Origin: Massalongia carnosa
Lineage: Eukaryota
DNA length: 64,000 nt
Direction: 5' to 3'
Assembly (NCBI GenBank): GCA_965645245.1
Contig: OZ287073.1
Location: 992,001 to 1,056,000 of the forward strand
Position numbers and translations under genes: made by a program. Under the pieces are notes generated by a model. The model had not been told where the DNA came from and made no database searches. It saw only the letters and a list, made by a program, of their open reading frames with translations. Position 1 is the stretch's first letter. The number at the start of each line of letters is the position of its first letter. Positions 50,584 through 63,735 of this stretch are shown here, piece after piece.

Positions 50584-52537
50584 CGCGTAACCGTGCGACC
50601 GAGGTAAATCCGATGGACCGCACCCGGAGCTACGCTCCAGGTGCGGCTCACCTCCATGACGCTATCATCTCCATGACGCATTTTTAAAAATTTCTATCAT
50701 CTATCATCAACCATTTATTATTCAACCACATCATGTCTGATTCGTACAAGAAACGAGAGGCTAACATTGCAAAGGCCTTAGATGCATTTGCAAAGAACAC
50801 ATACAAATCAGCCGCAGCCTGTGCCAAAGAATTCGATATTTCACCTCGTCTATTTCAAAGAAGACTACATAGATATAGCAAGCGAAAAGCAGTCAATATG
50901 AGGCTGTCTGCTGCACAAGAACTAGCCCTGAAGGAGTATATTGAATTTCTTGATGATATTGAATTATCAATGAGATTGCCATTGATTCGCGGTGCAGCTA
51001 ATTATTTGTTGCAATTGCAACATCCTTCCTCGTCTTCATCTTCTCTCACCCGCGTAGGAAAATGCTGGACCGGACGATTCTTGAAAAGAAATGCCCAATT
51101 TTTCATGCAAAAAGGCAAGCCATTAGCAGCCGAAAGGAAAAACGCTCACAATGTTACGGATATTCAAACTTATTTCTCTTCATTTCAATCGACTGTAGCC
51201 CTTCTTGGTATAACTCCAGATGATATATGGAATATGGATGAGACAGGCTTTCGAGTTGGCTGTGGGGTAACCCATTTGGTGGTGACACTATCACCACATA
51301 AACGAATTATGATCGCTGATCCAGACAATCGAGACTATATAACTTCGGTCGAATGCATCAATGGAGTTGGCGGAAGCGTTCCATCCTTTTTGATTTTGAA
51401 AGGGGTCAACATACTTCACAAATGGGCCTTAGAGAATGATTTGAAAGATGATATCGTGTTGACTACAAGCGATAGCGGCTATTCGAATGATTTTCTAGCA
51501 TTAGAGTGGTTAAAGCATTTAATGCTCATTCAAAAAAGGTTCAAAAAGGAGCGTTTAGGCTTCTTTTGTTGGATGGATATGGATCTCATCTAACGTATGA
51601 ATTTTGGGAATATTCGAAAGAAAATAAGATCTGTTTATTCAGATTACCCCCCCCATTCAACCCATTTGACGCAGCCATTGGACGTTGGTGTTTTTCAGCC
51701 AATGAAACATTATCATGCTGAAGCGGTTGACAACGCCATTCGGTTGGGTGACGTTGACTTCAATCGTCTGGATTTTCTGGCCGCATTCAATCAATTTCGT
51801 ACAAAGGCATTCAAATCATCTACTATCAAACCAGCCTGGGAAAAAACTGGGTTGATACCTTAGAATCTGGAGGTAGTCTTGACTAAAATTCGTGCTTTAA
51901 ATCCGGCATTACCACCAGTACCAATATCATCTTCGGAGACAATAATCCTACCTCATACCCCCAAAAAGCCCAAAGACGTTGCTAAGGAAGGGGAAAACAT
52001 TATTCAGCGAATGAATAATAATGAAGAAATTACTCCAGAAAGAATGCGACGTTTTATCAAAGGGTCGGTTGCAAACGCTAATTTACTAGAATTGACGCAA
52101 CGCGACTTGCAAGCCACACACACAGCTGCATTAGCTAAAAGGGCCCGAAAAAAGCTTGCTGGCACCGTTGTTCAGAAGGGAGGAATCGTTACCGTTCGAG
52201 ATGTGAGGCACAATCACCTACATCGTACCCAAGAAGAGGTGGAAAGGGAGGAGGGTCGTCAAAAGCGTGCTGAGACGGCTAGACAAAAGAAAATATTTCT
52301 CTATGGAAAAGCGATAGCTAACCGGTTTGGCTTGGTGGGTAAAAAGGCCGAAAGCTGGATAGATGAACGTCAGCCTTTGATTTTGAATAGCTTCATTTTG
52401 AAAGGGTCAATCAATGGATATAATGTAAATAGTTTGAGAAATGCGTCATGGAGATGATAGCGTCATGGAGGTGAGCCGCACCTGGAGCGTAGCTCCGGGT
52501 GCGGTCCATCGGATTTACCTCGGTCGCACGATTACCT
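50584..52537 (+). mobile_element. pogo/Fot1-family DNA transposon with ~98-bp TIRs; transposase disrupted
   Basis: Near-perfect inverted repeats at ~50585-50683 and ~52438-52537, with TA at or near both ends. Transposase 50733-52457 has a CENP-B-like HTH, WNMDETGF, LLLDGYGSH and QPLDVGVF, split by frameshifts near 51530 and 51650 and a TAG at 51861-51863. Confidence 0.93.
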
Positions 52538-52582
52538 TATTCATACGTATGTACTTCGTACTGTGTACTGTGTGTTCTGGTA

Positions 52583-52704
52583 TTCACCCCCATTTGCAAC
52601 ACGCTAAAGTTTACCACGGTAAAACGACTCAAGTAGTATTGAAAAACTGGGAATACGACTCTTTTATCTATTCTCGGGTACTTAATAATGCAAATGGGGG
52701 TGAA
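52583..52704. mobile_element. 122-bp MITE with TA target duplication
   Basis: TA|TTCACCCCCATTTGCA ... TGCAAATGGGGGTGAA|TA: perfect 16-bp TIRs. Confidence 0.75.
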
Positions 52705-53070
52705 TATAAATCTTGTTCGCATCACCCTTTTATACATGATTAAATCATATTAAACCACAATAAAATCACATAAAAAAATCATCATGTAAACAACATCATT
52801 GAATAAGATATGGTGTTACTTTAGAACATCAAATCTGTACTTTCACTTATCGGATCGGAAAACCTAAACGTACCTTTATTTCTACACATTGTCATTTTTT
52901 GTCACTCGCGTGATGAGTACTCCATAGGTGGGCACGGGTGAGTATTTTCTTTACAAGTCCCACATTCCCTGCTTGAATATTCCGATCGGATCTCATGCTG
53001 TTCTACCTACAGACCTCACCTAACCTGTTCTCATCGCGATGAACCTGAAGTCTGTTAGAACCTACAAGTA

Positions 53071-54676
53071 CAGAGGTTGACACCGAAAGTCCTGATAATA
53101 CGCTAATGCGGGCTAAAAACGCCACGTAGATTTAGCGTTAAAAATGCTATAGGGAGATCATTCAAAATTGTAACAAGGTCGAAACTTCAGCTTTTGATGT
53201 TTGCTTTACTATCAAACTTTCTATAATATATTTTCATGGGTGATTCACGAATAGTAAATCATACAATAACTACAAGATTACAGGCTCTTTCTTTGGTTGA
53301 ACATGGAGTTGGAATAGATGCAGCTGCTACAGCCTCCGGTATGACTTCTATAACCGTCAGACGTCTGAGAAAAAAAGCTAGAGAACGAGGTTTTGATCCG
53401 GAGGTCTCTTCTGTTATGAAAGAAGAATATGTCAAAGATGCACCTCGTTCAGGTCGTCCACCGAAGGTGACTTCGGAGGTTGAATCTGACATTTTGACAA
53501 CAGTGCGAAAAGACGCAAATGGTCGAGAAAAACCAGCCGCAGTGCTTGCATATGAGCACAATGTCTCCGCAACAACTATTCTTCGAGTTCTAAAACGCAA
53601 TCGTTTGCGATGGCATAAAACAACTAAAGAACCCGGTCTCACTCCTGCAATGATGGAGGCTCGATATCAGTTCGCCTTGCGACATGAACACTGGACGATC
53701 GAAGACTGGAAGAAGGTCATTTGGACCGACGAAACAAGCGTTTTTTTGGGCACTCGTCGAGCATGTATACGAGTATGGCGCGATTCAACCGAATCGTACA
53801 ATAAAACTTGCGTTCGTCGACGATGGAAAGGATATTCGGAGTTCATGTCTTGGGGTTCTTTTAGTTATGATAAGAAAGGTCCTATACACATTTGGAAAGA
53901 CGAGACCGCTGCTGAAAAGAAGGCTGCAATTGAGCATTTAAAACGACTCAACGCCATTGCAGAACCTGCAGCGAAAGAAGAATGGGAATTAACCAACGGA
54001 ATAAGACGAATGGGACTACGAAATCCTGGAGGTCGAAAGCCCACTTGGACATGGAACAAAGCTCACGGTAAAATGGAGCGAGATGGTAAAGGAAAATTGA
54101 CTGGTATCGCTATCAAATTCATATATTAATTCCCAAATTGATTCCCTTCGCTCTTCACTGCATGATAAATCGTCCGGACACTTTGATACAGGAAGACAAG
54201 GCTCCCAGTCATTCTTGTAAGCATCAGGATCAGATATTTATGAATGCAGGAGTTATGCGCTTGATTTGGCCCGGAAATTCTCCTGATCTCAATATGATCG
54301 AGACTTGTTAGGCCTGGATGAAGCGACAAACCACTTGGACTCGGTGCTGGAAAAAGACATTGACTCAGAAACGTATTCAGCACTGGATTGAGCGCATACC
54401 TCGTCATATTCAGCAGGTTATAGCTTTAAAGGGTGGGAATCAGTATCGCGAAGGTTCCACCGAAGCAGAAAGCGGAGTTCGTCTTTATATCAGTGAAGAA
54501 CGAAAAGAACGATATGATCGAGGTCGACGAGGCCTTCGAGCTGGTGATAATAGTAATACTAGCAGCGATGACGAGGTGGATGACTAGAAATTCCAGAATT
54601 CGGCACTATAATCTGCCAAGACACTAGTATTAGCTTTACATTAGCGTATTATCAGGACTTTCGGTGTCAACCTCTG
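53071..54676 (+). mobile_element. Tc1-like (DD34E) DNA transposon; transposase disrupted
   Basis: Perfect 38-bp TIRs CAGAGGTTGACACCGAAAGTCCTGATAATACGCTAATG flanked by TA. Transposase 53236-54587 has RSGRPPK, WTDET and QEDKAPSH...WPGNSPDLNMIE (34 residues between D and E), with a frameshift near 54095 and a TAG near 54310. Confidence 0.95.
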
Positions 54677-57600
54677 TACCAGTAGCCACTCTGCATGCTC
54701 GCTGTGGCAACTCAATGAGCCAATTGGCATTGCCTCTATGCCTTAATTGCTTTTTAGCCACAAAAATGTTATCTGATAATTTGAATAGACATCCCTAAAC
54801 TCTTCTACTTCGGGGCGAAAATGACATTGTGAAGGTCAAAATTCGCTTCTCGTTGTCCAGGTCCTACAAGAGGCTATTGTTATTAACCCTGGTGGCAGTC
54901 TGGAACACGAATACTGTATTACCCTCACGTCATTTATCTTGGGACGACCCAGCGCATACTGTTCTTGCACATGCCATTTAGACATGGGGTATTGCATGCA
55001 ATGGTGACTGTTAACGCACGGTCTTATTGCTGGTTGGCAAGCCCTATGCTGAAAGTTTCATATAATGCAATGAGCTCTTAGCAAGCTGCATAATAGAATC
55101 GGCTTCTTTACACTGAGCAGATTGTGTCATCGCAAGCTCGAACACTCTCTTACACCTCAATAGATTTTTATATCGCATGAGAACTCCTCCGTGTATCGGT
55201 CGTTGCAAGGAGCACGTCCAAGAAAAGCTAACTCATTCGAACGGTGTAGATACCCTATCTTTAAATCGAATTGCTCTTTAAGTAACAGGTTGTTATGTTC
55301 CTCCAAGTACACGGAGTGCTGTCCTTAAGTCGATAACGGTTCCCGCGGTTCGACTTCGGACATTGACTTTTATACGAGATCGCGAGCTGATGAAGAACTC
55401 GAAAAGCCGGGTTTTGAACGGAGGTAATACAGTGTGAACTATGGTCAGGGTATTTGTTGAAGCGTTCATACCTGAAGCATCATGAAATGCATGATGGATT
55501 GTTTACCAATCTATATATTTCATTCCATGAAACACGCTGTTTATCTAGGAAAACGGTGCTAAAGCTACTAGGGATTGTTGATTTCAATCGTGTTATCCAA
55601 ATCGAGCAACGACTGAAATCATGACGATGCAGCGAAGTACCGGCTTCTAATCTATCCAGCTGTCAATAAAGTCAAAGTGGGGTTGTAGTGAATGTCTCAT
55701 TGTACCACGTTATAGCTAGATTGACAGCAATGTTTCGAGTATCAGAGCCAGTATGTGTTGCGGCACGCTGCATATTAGCGGTTTGTATTTTTCAAGGCGT
55801 GACTCGGGCGGTCAGTTTTGATTGGCGGCTTTGCTCTTGAGACTTAAGCCTGTGGTAAAAGTAAACATGAACCCTGGATTTAGTCAGAAATCTTATATTT
55901 CAAGCGTCTATCACGATGTGGCAATTTACCCTGTCTGCCTGTATCAGAATCGACTCCTGTGAACGTCCCTTTTGGACACTTGGCATTTATAGGGGGCACG
56001 TTGCATTGACTGCCAACCGAGAGCGGACCTACCGGAGAGCATTGAAAGTACTCCGTACAGATTCTATACTGAACTAAATCTGCAATAACGAAAAGAAAGA
56101 AACGAATCCCTCTAGAGTTAGACTTTGGATGTATCACCGTCGCTACGAACAATGTTCTCCCCCTCGACTCAAATGCTGCCTAAATTATTCATAAGAAATC
56201 TTTATCATACTTATATAGTCTCCTCGATTTCTTTAACTGCTACTAACAAGGATTAAGAAAATAGCTAGCTTTTTATACCCAACTTATCCAAGACATTCTG
56301 CACGTTCATGGGAAACCAGAAGACTTCTCAATTCTAAAGCCGAGGATGCGCTCATCTTCATTTATTGATCAGCAACTGCAGCAGGTAAGCCAGAATGCCA
56401 AGTTCCTGTTGAGGGTCTTCAGGAAGAGAGCTACGTCTCTTCAATGGCTGAGATGGATACATCCGAAACGAGAAAGTCAGTCATTAGGAAGTGATAGTCG
56501 CCCATCCTCACTCAACGGTAGATCAATACAGGTAGGTACACAACGTGATGAAGAAGAAGAAGAAGCAGAAGAAGAACTGGGTAGTGAAACATCTCGTTAA
56601 AGATTCGAATCGTCACTTCATTAACTTGTCAATATTCGCACTCATGGACGCTGAAAAGCGCATAGAGTAACTGGCATCGAAAATGCGTGTCACGAGACGT
56701 AAAAGCCAAGCCATAGAATAGAAATTCATCGGTTGAAAACCTAATACCAAGACTATTTCCTCCATGCAAAAGCTACAACCGTATAAACTATATGTGGAAA
56801 GTTAATATACCATCTTAACTGAAAGCCGAGTAACGACCGGAATCGTCATTTCTGCTTTCTCACCCGTACGAGTACCCACCATCAAGAGTCAAGCCTCTGT
56901 TTTGTATGATACATACCTGTCACCAGCACATGTAAATTATCATCCAATCCTCTTATAGAACCCCTCTACGCATTCCCTTTCCTTTCCCTTTTCTTCCGTG
57001 TTGTAGATTTTCCATCATCATACATAGTCCCTTCTCAAGATCCGAACACCCGCATTTCTGAAACCCTCGCTCATTCCTTCTCCTTACGCTCTTTCTCATC
57101 AAGCCGGTTCTTAAAGTAGGTATCTATACCATCCTTTTCTCTTCTTTTTCACATCATCGCATCATCACCTCTCCTTTATCTATACCCCTTTCGTCAGACC
57201 TTCAGCCCGCTTTTCCAATCGTCTCTCTCCCCTCTCCCACGCCTTATCGTTCCCGCGGAGCAGGTGAAAATTCCCTACAATCGCTTTCTCTCTTTTTCCA
57301 AATAACCGAACAAGAAGATCCGCAGATTCCGAGTCTATATCGTAATCCTTCGCTCTGTTGAAACCCTACATGAGTTTCTGAATATGTATGGGGACCTCAT
57401 GTAAGATGTGTAAGATGGTTTATTTCTATGATGGATGAACTACTAAAACTACAAAGTCTCGAAGAATATATGTTTCCTTTCTACTAAACAAAGAAACTCT
57501 TCTAACATCTTCCCCTTATCTAACAAGACCTAGACGACCTCGTTTCACTCTTTTATTGGTTATATTGGGTTTGGAAATAGGCTTGAAGTGATAAACTATG

Positions 57601-57933
57601 TAATGACTGACTAGCTAATTTACAGAGAGAAGATACAGCTATTATATAGAAGTTGAGACTACCTCAATTCCTCCTATTTGTAATGACTTCTCCGAGCTCA
57701 TCGTATTACATATCCGTGATTAGTAATATCCAGCTTACTCTCTGACTCAGATTGCCAATAGAAGTATCTCGATGATACTTGCTTGAGCTTTCATAGCTAA
57801 GCGCTTGATAATGAATGTGACGTTGATACTAATCAACTGTGACAATCAAGAGGCAACGACCCAGTTCAAAATACAATTACCCAATTAGACATAGACTTAA
57901 TGCCGTGACGGATGAGGCGGATTATGCGAAAAG

Positions 57934-58255
57934 GAATGAATGATAAATTCACGTGTAGGTATAATAGCATGATTGTCATTGAAGGTGAATATCTATGTGG
58001 GCTATTTGTCTGCTTTATATAGCAGTCACAAAACAGTCACATTTAGGAGCCTAAACGGTCAGACCTTGTTCCCCCATATCTGCTTGTTTAGGCACCCTGA
58101 CGGTCAGACCTTGGCTCCCATATCTGCTTGTTTAGGCACCCTGACGATCAGACCTTGACTCCCATATCTGCTTGTTTAGGCACTTTGCAAGGCACCTCCC
58201 AAGGCTCATGATGGATGCCCATATTGATGGTGGCCTCATCATCTAACATCTAACA
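57934..58255. mobile_element. Solo LTR inside the 3' LTR, containing 3 x 44-45 bp tandem repeats
   Basis: TSD AAAAG at 57929-57933 and 58256-58260; ends CATCTAACA; homologous to 33260-33512. Repeat unit CGGTCAGACCTTG..CCCATATCTGCTTGTTTAGGCAC at ~58056, 58101 and 58145. Confidence 0.8.
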
Positions 58256-59057
58256 AAAAGCACGTTGCATGAGGTCATGTCAACAACCTCGTCAATTAGC
58301 AACACTCCCACTACGAGGTTAGCTGAGTGCCTTCATACTTCTCAAAACATATGAAATCCTACTAGATGCATGCTCATTGATCCGATACTTCAATGCAGCC
58401 TGGATCGTTGTATGCCCTCAGAAATCCACCTCCTTCAAATCGAACATGGCCCGCAAGGTGATGAAGACGTCGGACTTGATTGACTTGATAAGAATATCAG
58501 CGACCATCTCCTGGGTGCGAACATATGCGATTTTCACATAATTATCGGCGACAGCTTCTCGAATATAGTGATACTGAACATCAATGTGTTTGATCCAACT
58601 GTGATGTTCAAGATTTTTTTATCAGATTCAGTGTTCCTTAATTATCTCCAAGTAGTTTAATAGATAAATTGCATATGTGGCCGAATTTCAACTCATTTAT
58701 CCAGCGGGTAGCCCATACAACGTTTTTGCTTGCCTGGCACATAGCCACGTACTCGGCCTCAGTGATGAAGGTAGCTATAGTTCTTTGCTTCTTGCTAGCC
58801 CACGTTACTGACGCATTTCCGATTAATAGGGTGTGCCCATAAGTTGATTTCCTATCTTCCAAATCATCTCCGTACGCTGCATCAGCGTAGCCAATAGAAT
58901 GCCCAGCCCGACTATGATCATACACCAAAGCTAGGTCTATGGTCCCTTTCAAATAGCGTAGGACTCGGTCTAGTGCAGTGCGATACCTGACACATGGATC
59001 TTGACAAAATTGGCTAAGTTTGCAAACTGCAAAGGAAATATCTGGCCTCATACCGAT

Positions 59058-59227
59058 TGTGACGAAGCGAGATAGTGAATAGATTTCTACCATTGCGCCA
59101 CCTGTCCTCCCGACCAAAAGGCACAATACTTAGTCCGCAGACCAAGTTCTATTCTACTATAACTGGGACTCCTGCTATGTTCGCTGTAGGTGCTGCCGTC
59201 CGCACCACGCATGGTCGAACCGTCACA
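59058..59227. mobile_element. Solo LTR (170 bp) inside RT
   Basis: TGTGACG...CGTCACA with TSD CCGAT (59053-59057 / 59228-59232). Removing it restores GSLMYAMIG-MRPDISFAV. Confidence 0.92.
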
Positions 59228-60213
59228 CCGATCATAGCATACATGAGACTACCGATTCTTTTTTGATATTCGATTTGATTTGTTAGTTCATCCGAAGATC
59301 CTGAGGGTGTGAGGACATGATAAGCGTCGATGAGGATAGAAACTGAATGAGAATTCTTCATGTTAAAATCACGGAGGAACTTCCTAATGTAAGTTGACTG
59401 ATCAAGGATCAGTACTTTTCCTTTCACATCACGTCTGATGCGGATGCCCAATATAAATGATGCCCTACCAATATCCTTCATTTTATACTCCTTATGCAGT
59501 TCAGCCTTTACGGCGTTGATAGTGGTCAGTGATTTTGCGAAGATGAGAATGTCATCCACGTATAATGCAATGATTACACTCGGTTGAAATCAATTGACTT
59601 CATGTTTTTTAGCTTTTACATTCCACTCTCGACCTGACTGTTTTAACCCATACAAGGGCCTCAACAAGTGCAAAATGTGATCCTGTTGTCGTGTGGGAGC
59701 CCTGCAGAACTTTCATATAAATGACCTCGTTAAGCTCTCCCTTTAGGTATATATCAGGCACATTCATCTGTGCGATTTCGAAATCAAAATATGCAGCAAA
59801 TGCTAATAGCATTCGCAGTGAATCTAGCCTCAAAGTCGAAGCGAAGGTTTCTTCGTAAGCTATGTCATGCATTTGGATGAAACCTCTGACTACTAGACGG
59901 GCCTTATAGCGATCGACTAAGCCGAAGGATGTGTATTTAATCTTGAATACTCATTTGAAGGTTATCACATTCACATCGCTGAAAGGTCTGTTGACTAATT
60001 TCCACGTCCCGTTTGCAATCAACGAATTGAGCTGTTTTCCAATGACAATTTTCCATAGTCGATGATCTTCGCATGTAATGGCCTCGTTGTAGGTTGATGG
60101 CTCCGGTCTTCTGTCTGGTAGCCTATCATTGATTTCGCGACCTGATTCGTTATCGAAACGATATCGATCGTAGTTCCTGATTGAACGAGTCTTGCGGCGA
60201 GTTGGCTCATTTG

Positions 60214-60594
60214 TGTCACGATTCAACCACATCCACCCAAGGCCAATCAAAGGAAAGTACGGCATCTGCCAGCGCACTAACCGCTTCCGTTACTCAACCC
60301 TTTTATCAATCATAGGGGCAATCAACGGAGGTCTGAAAGGACTGAAAGGGACGCATCGGAACGACCTTCTAAAGCAAACACAAATGGATGAAAGGGACAA
60401 AGGGCAGAAATACTGTTTGACCAAACTGTTCACTTATTGATGAAGACACAAGCAGCTGGATCGGGCCAAGCGATTATCTATATAGACTCCTAGAGAGGGC
60501 ACCTTTTGCTTGTTTCCTTTCTGCATCTTTGATATTTTCTAGTGCATAGCTTCCCAGTAGATAGTCAATTCTACATCCTGGTTGAACCGTCACA
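60214..60594. mobile_element. Solo LTR (381 bp) between IN and RT, flanks do not match
   Basis: TGTCACGATTCAACCA ... TGGTTGAACCGTCACA (14/16 inverted match). Flanks ATTTG and CCCAC differ. Confidence 0.7.
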
Positions 60595-61767
60595 CCCACT
60601 GATTGATTAACATCACTCGAGGATGCATCATCTCTATGATTTGCAATATCTCCGGGTCCAGGTTGATTTTGATCGATATCTCTCTCGACCTGAGTTGCTC
60701 CGTCGCTAGATATAGATCTATTGAACTTTGGTTCGGGGTCTTGATCCCCGCGATCTATCATTTCGTTGTCGCCGTCGTCATAGCTTAGGAGCTTATTCAT
60801 AAGTGTTGACTCCAAATTTTGCAACAATTTTCCCCCCGGCACATTTTCTAGAACTTTCACCGATGTGTGCCACTGCACTCGCTTGATTTTCGAATTATAA
60901 ATTCGCATCTGTTGACTTGAATGATAGCCGACAAATATACCCTGAAATGAAACCTCTGTCCAACTTCGCCTTATTTTTAATAGGTATGTGAACGTGCACC
61001 ACGCATCCGAACGTTTGAATGTGACTGATGTTAGGTTTGTGGCCATGCCACAACTCAATTAGTGATAGGTCATCCCGACCCGCCGATAGAAGATTTCGTA
61101 AATAATTTGTTGTGCAGGCCGCCTCACCCCAAAATCCTTGAGGCAATCTAGACCATATCAATATGACCCTGATCATTTGAATAATTGTTCGATTAAACCG
61201 CTCGACCACTTCATTCTCTTCAGATGTGTAGACCGTTGTATACTCCATCCGAACTCCATCAGCATGAATTATTCTTTCGAACTTCTGATATTCTTTAGCT
61301 TTATCCCAACGATAAATGACGACTTTTTCCCCCGTTTGGAGACCTATTGCTGTCTGTCATTCGCCGATCTTCTCATAAATCTTCCTTCGAGACCTCATAC
61401 ATAATAGCCAAGATCTCCTAATTAAGTCGTCTATCAGGAACACGAAATAGCGATGTCCTCCGATGCTGACCTCCCGATATGATCCCCAAACATTCGTGTG
61501 AATTCTTCCTAGCCGACGATCTACACGCCTTGAAGTATCACGATTGACCACCCTAATCATGTTAGAAAAATTGCAAACAGAGCAATTTAGGCTCTTGAGA
61601 TTTGAATGAATAATCTGATCAATCCCTGTAACATGTTGAGAAAGTGATCCAAGTCTTTTCGAATTGACGTGCCTCATACGAGCGTGCCAAAGCTTGTATA
61701 GGCCCAATTTCCTAGCGATCTGCTTCTCATTGCTTCCCTCAGGTATCTCGTTAATATCCTTTCTAGC

Positions 61768-62115
61768 TGTTGAAATAAAAGGGGCTGAGGGAGCTGCACT
61801 GAATCAATGAAAAGGCTGATATGCTGCGCTTGAAGCTCTATAACAAAATTGAACTGAACTAACTGAACTATCTAAGAAAGAAAGAAGGTGGGATTATTTG
61901 CCCAAATATACAACTATACACCGAATATGGCTGTCATGGAGTCTTCGAGAAACTTCCATCGCGTTCGTCGCAGGGACCTTGTCGTGCGATAATAGCGGAA
62001 TTATAGATTCCCATAGAATGTTCCATGCAATTGTAAGGTGAAGTCATATCGAGTAAGACAATTAACCTTGGTATAGTGGCAAAAGCAAATAACGCCAAGA
62101 CAGTATGAATCAACA
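61768..62115. mobile_element. Solo LTR (348 bp) between protease and integrase
   Basis: TGTTGA...TCAACA with TSD CTAGC (61763-61767 / 62116-62120). Confidence 0.9.
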
Positions 62116-63128
62116 CTAGCAATGATATTCGGAGTTGTCGTCTCCGCATTATGAAAAATCCGAAATATCTTCTAATACTCCAGTGTCTTTGCTGAGCAAT
62201 GCCGTCTGAAACGAACGCAGAAAATAAATCTTGCCTCGCATTATTCCGCTGACAACCAAGCTATCTCTCTGCCGAATATCTACTCCGTCCTTCCTAAATA
62301 GGACGCTGAAGCCTTTTCGATTCAGGGCTGAAATTGACAGTAAGTTTGCATCCAATTCAGGCACATGCAAAACATCCGTCATTCTAATGTTCTGATCTTC
62401 TATATCAAAACACACGTTTTCCACGCCTTTTGCGTGTAGTTTTTCTCCATTCGCAATCGTGACGGTAGCCTTGATGCTCCGTTTGCTGGTGAAGATATTC
62501 CCATTGGGGGTCATATGCCGGCTGGACCCGGAGTCCATTATCTAGGCGTTAAGTGACTCATCTTGACTTTTTCTAGCTATATAGGCTTGGTCATCTTGAT
62601 CATCTTCCTTTTCCATCCATGCATCTTCTGATGGTTTGGGAGCTCCCCCGAGTTGTCCATCAACAGGCCTTTCGATGATGCTTTGGGGTGTCGCTGGCTC
62701 TTCTGCAGCGGAGTCGTTTATTCCTTGAGTATCAGCCATGATGCTAGCAAAAACCAGGTAGCAGTTACGCAAGTCCCGGGCTCTTTTTTTATATTTTTTA
62801 TTCATTAAGCGTATGCATCCTTAGGATATGACGCTGCGACTGCTATTTATGTACATAAACAACAGTCAGGAAGTGGAAACCTGGCCCCCAGGGTAAAACC
62901 ACTCCCTTTTATTCCATATTGAATGCAACGAGATCGTTCTTCTACCACGCGGTGCATACACCCAGATCTTCAAGCGCTAGGAATCCTATAGACCCGATGA
63001 ACTAGACAGTGTATCTCCACACGTTCGACGAACATTCTCTCTCTTTAACCGTTTTGACTCAATAGATGATAGACTGGCCATGATTGATCGAGGGCAGATC
63101 GTGGTGTCGTATAAATGAAGATGTGAAA

Positions 63129-63322
63129 ATGTGGCCATTCCGAATGAATGGGCTTTTTCGATGAGGTGAGAGGCTTCCACCTGGGGGGTGTGGCCATTCC
63201 GACTGAATAGACTTTTTCGATGAGGTGAAAGGCTTCCGCCTGGGGGGTGTGGCCATTTCGACTAAATGGGCTTTTTCGATGAGGTGAAAGGATTCCGCCT
63301 GAGGGTGTGGAATGAATGGGCT
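63129..63322. repeat. Tandem repeat, ~3.3 x 59 bp, in the copia 5' leader
   Basis: TGTGGCCATT(C/T)CGA..CTTTTTCGATGAGGTGA..CCTGGGGGG units start at 63130, 63189 and 63248. Confidence 0.9.
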
Positions 63323-63579
63323 TTGTATGCCTTCGAAGTGGTGAATGATCAGTAGAGACGTTGATCATTCAAACGGCCACCGAGGTGGGCTTCAGCGTTG
63401 GCGATGATCAGATATTGGCCACCTCCGAGGAGGTGTTGATAGCCTGCACCACGTAGAGGTTTCTGACCTAGCAGGCCGTCCCGGACTCATAACCTGTTGG
63501 TTAGATTGGGTTTGGAAATAGGCTTGAAGTGATAAACTATGTAATGACTGACTAGCTAATTTACAGAGAGAAGATACAG

Positions 63580-63735
63580 TGTCAGGCCATTAGGGGTCAC
63601 ATGACCCGCCATTGGTCACATGACCCACGAACCTCTATTAGATATATCCCTCAGTTAGCTAGCCTAGACCTCCCATATATCAATACGCACCACTCCTTTT
63701 CACCCATATTCCACATTAACCCATACAGCTTGATA
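63580..63735. mobile_element. Solo LTR (156 bp) inside the 5' LTR
   Basis: TGTCA...TGATA (TGACA with C>T) with TSD TACAG (63575-63579 / 63736-63740). The 3' LTR shows the empty site GATACAGCTATT at ~57632-57643. Confidence 0.92.

Noticed and set aside
50364..52743. Two ORFs starting with the same peptide MRHGDDSVMEVSRTWSVAPG (50364-50681 minus, 52441-52743 plus)
   Set aside because: They are the two pogo TIRs read outward, not a duplicated gene.
56900..57400. Pyrimidine-rich stretch with coding-like minus-strand translation
   Set aside because: Stops in all frames and no identifiable family.
58050..58185. Regularly spaced repeats resembling a CRISPR array (also 63129-63322)
   Set aside because: Head-to-tail units with no unique spacers, inside LTR elements of a eukaryote, and no cas genes.
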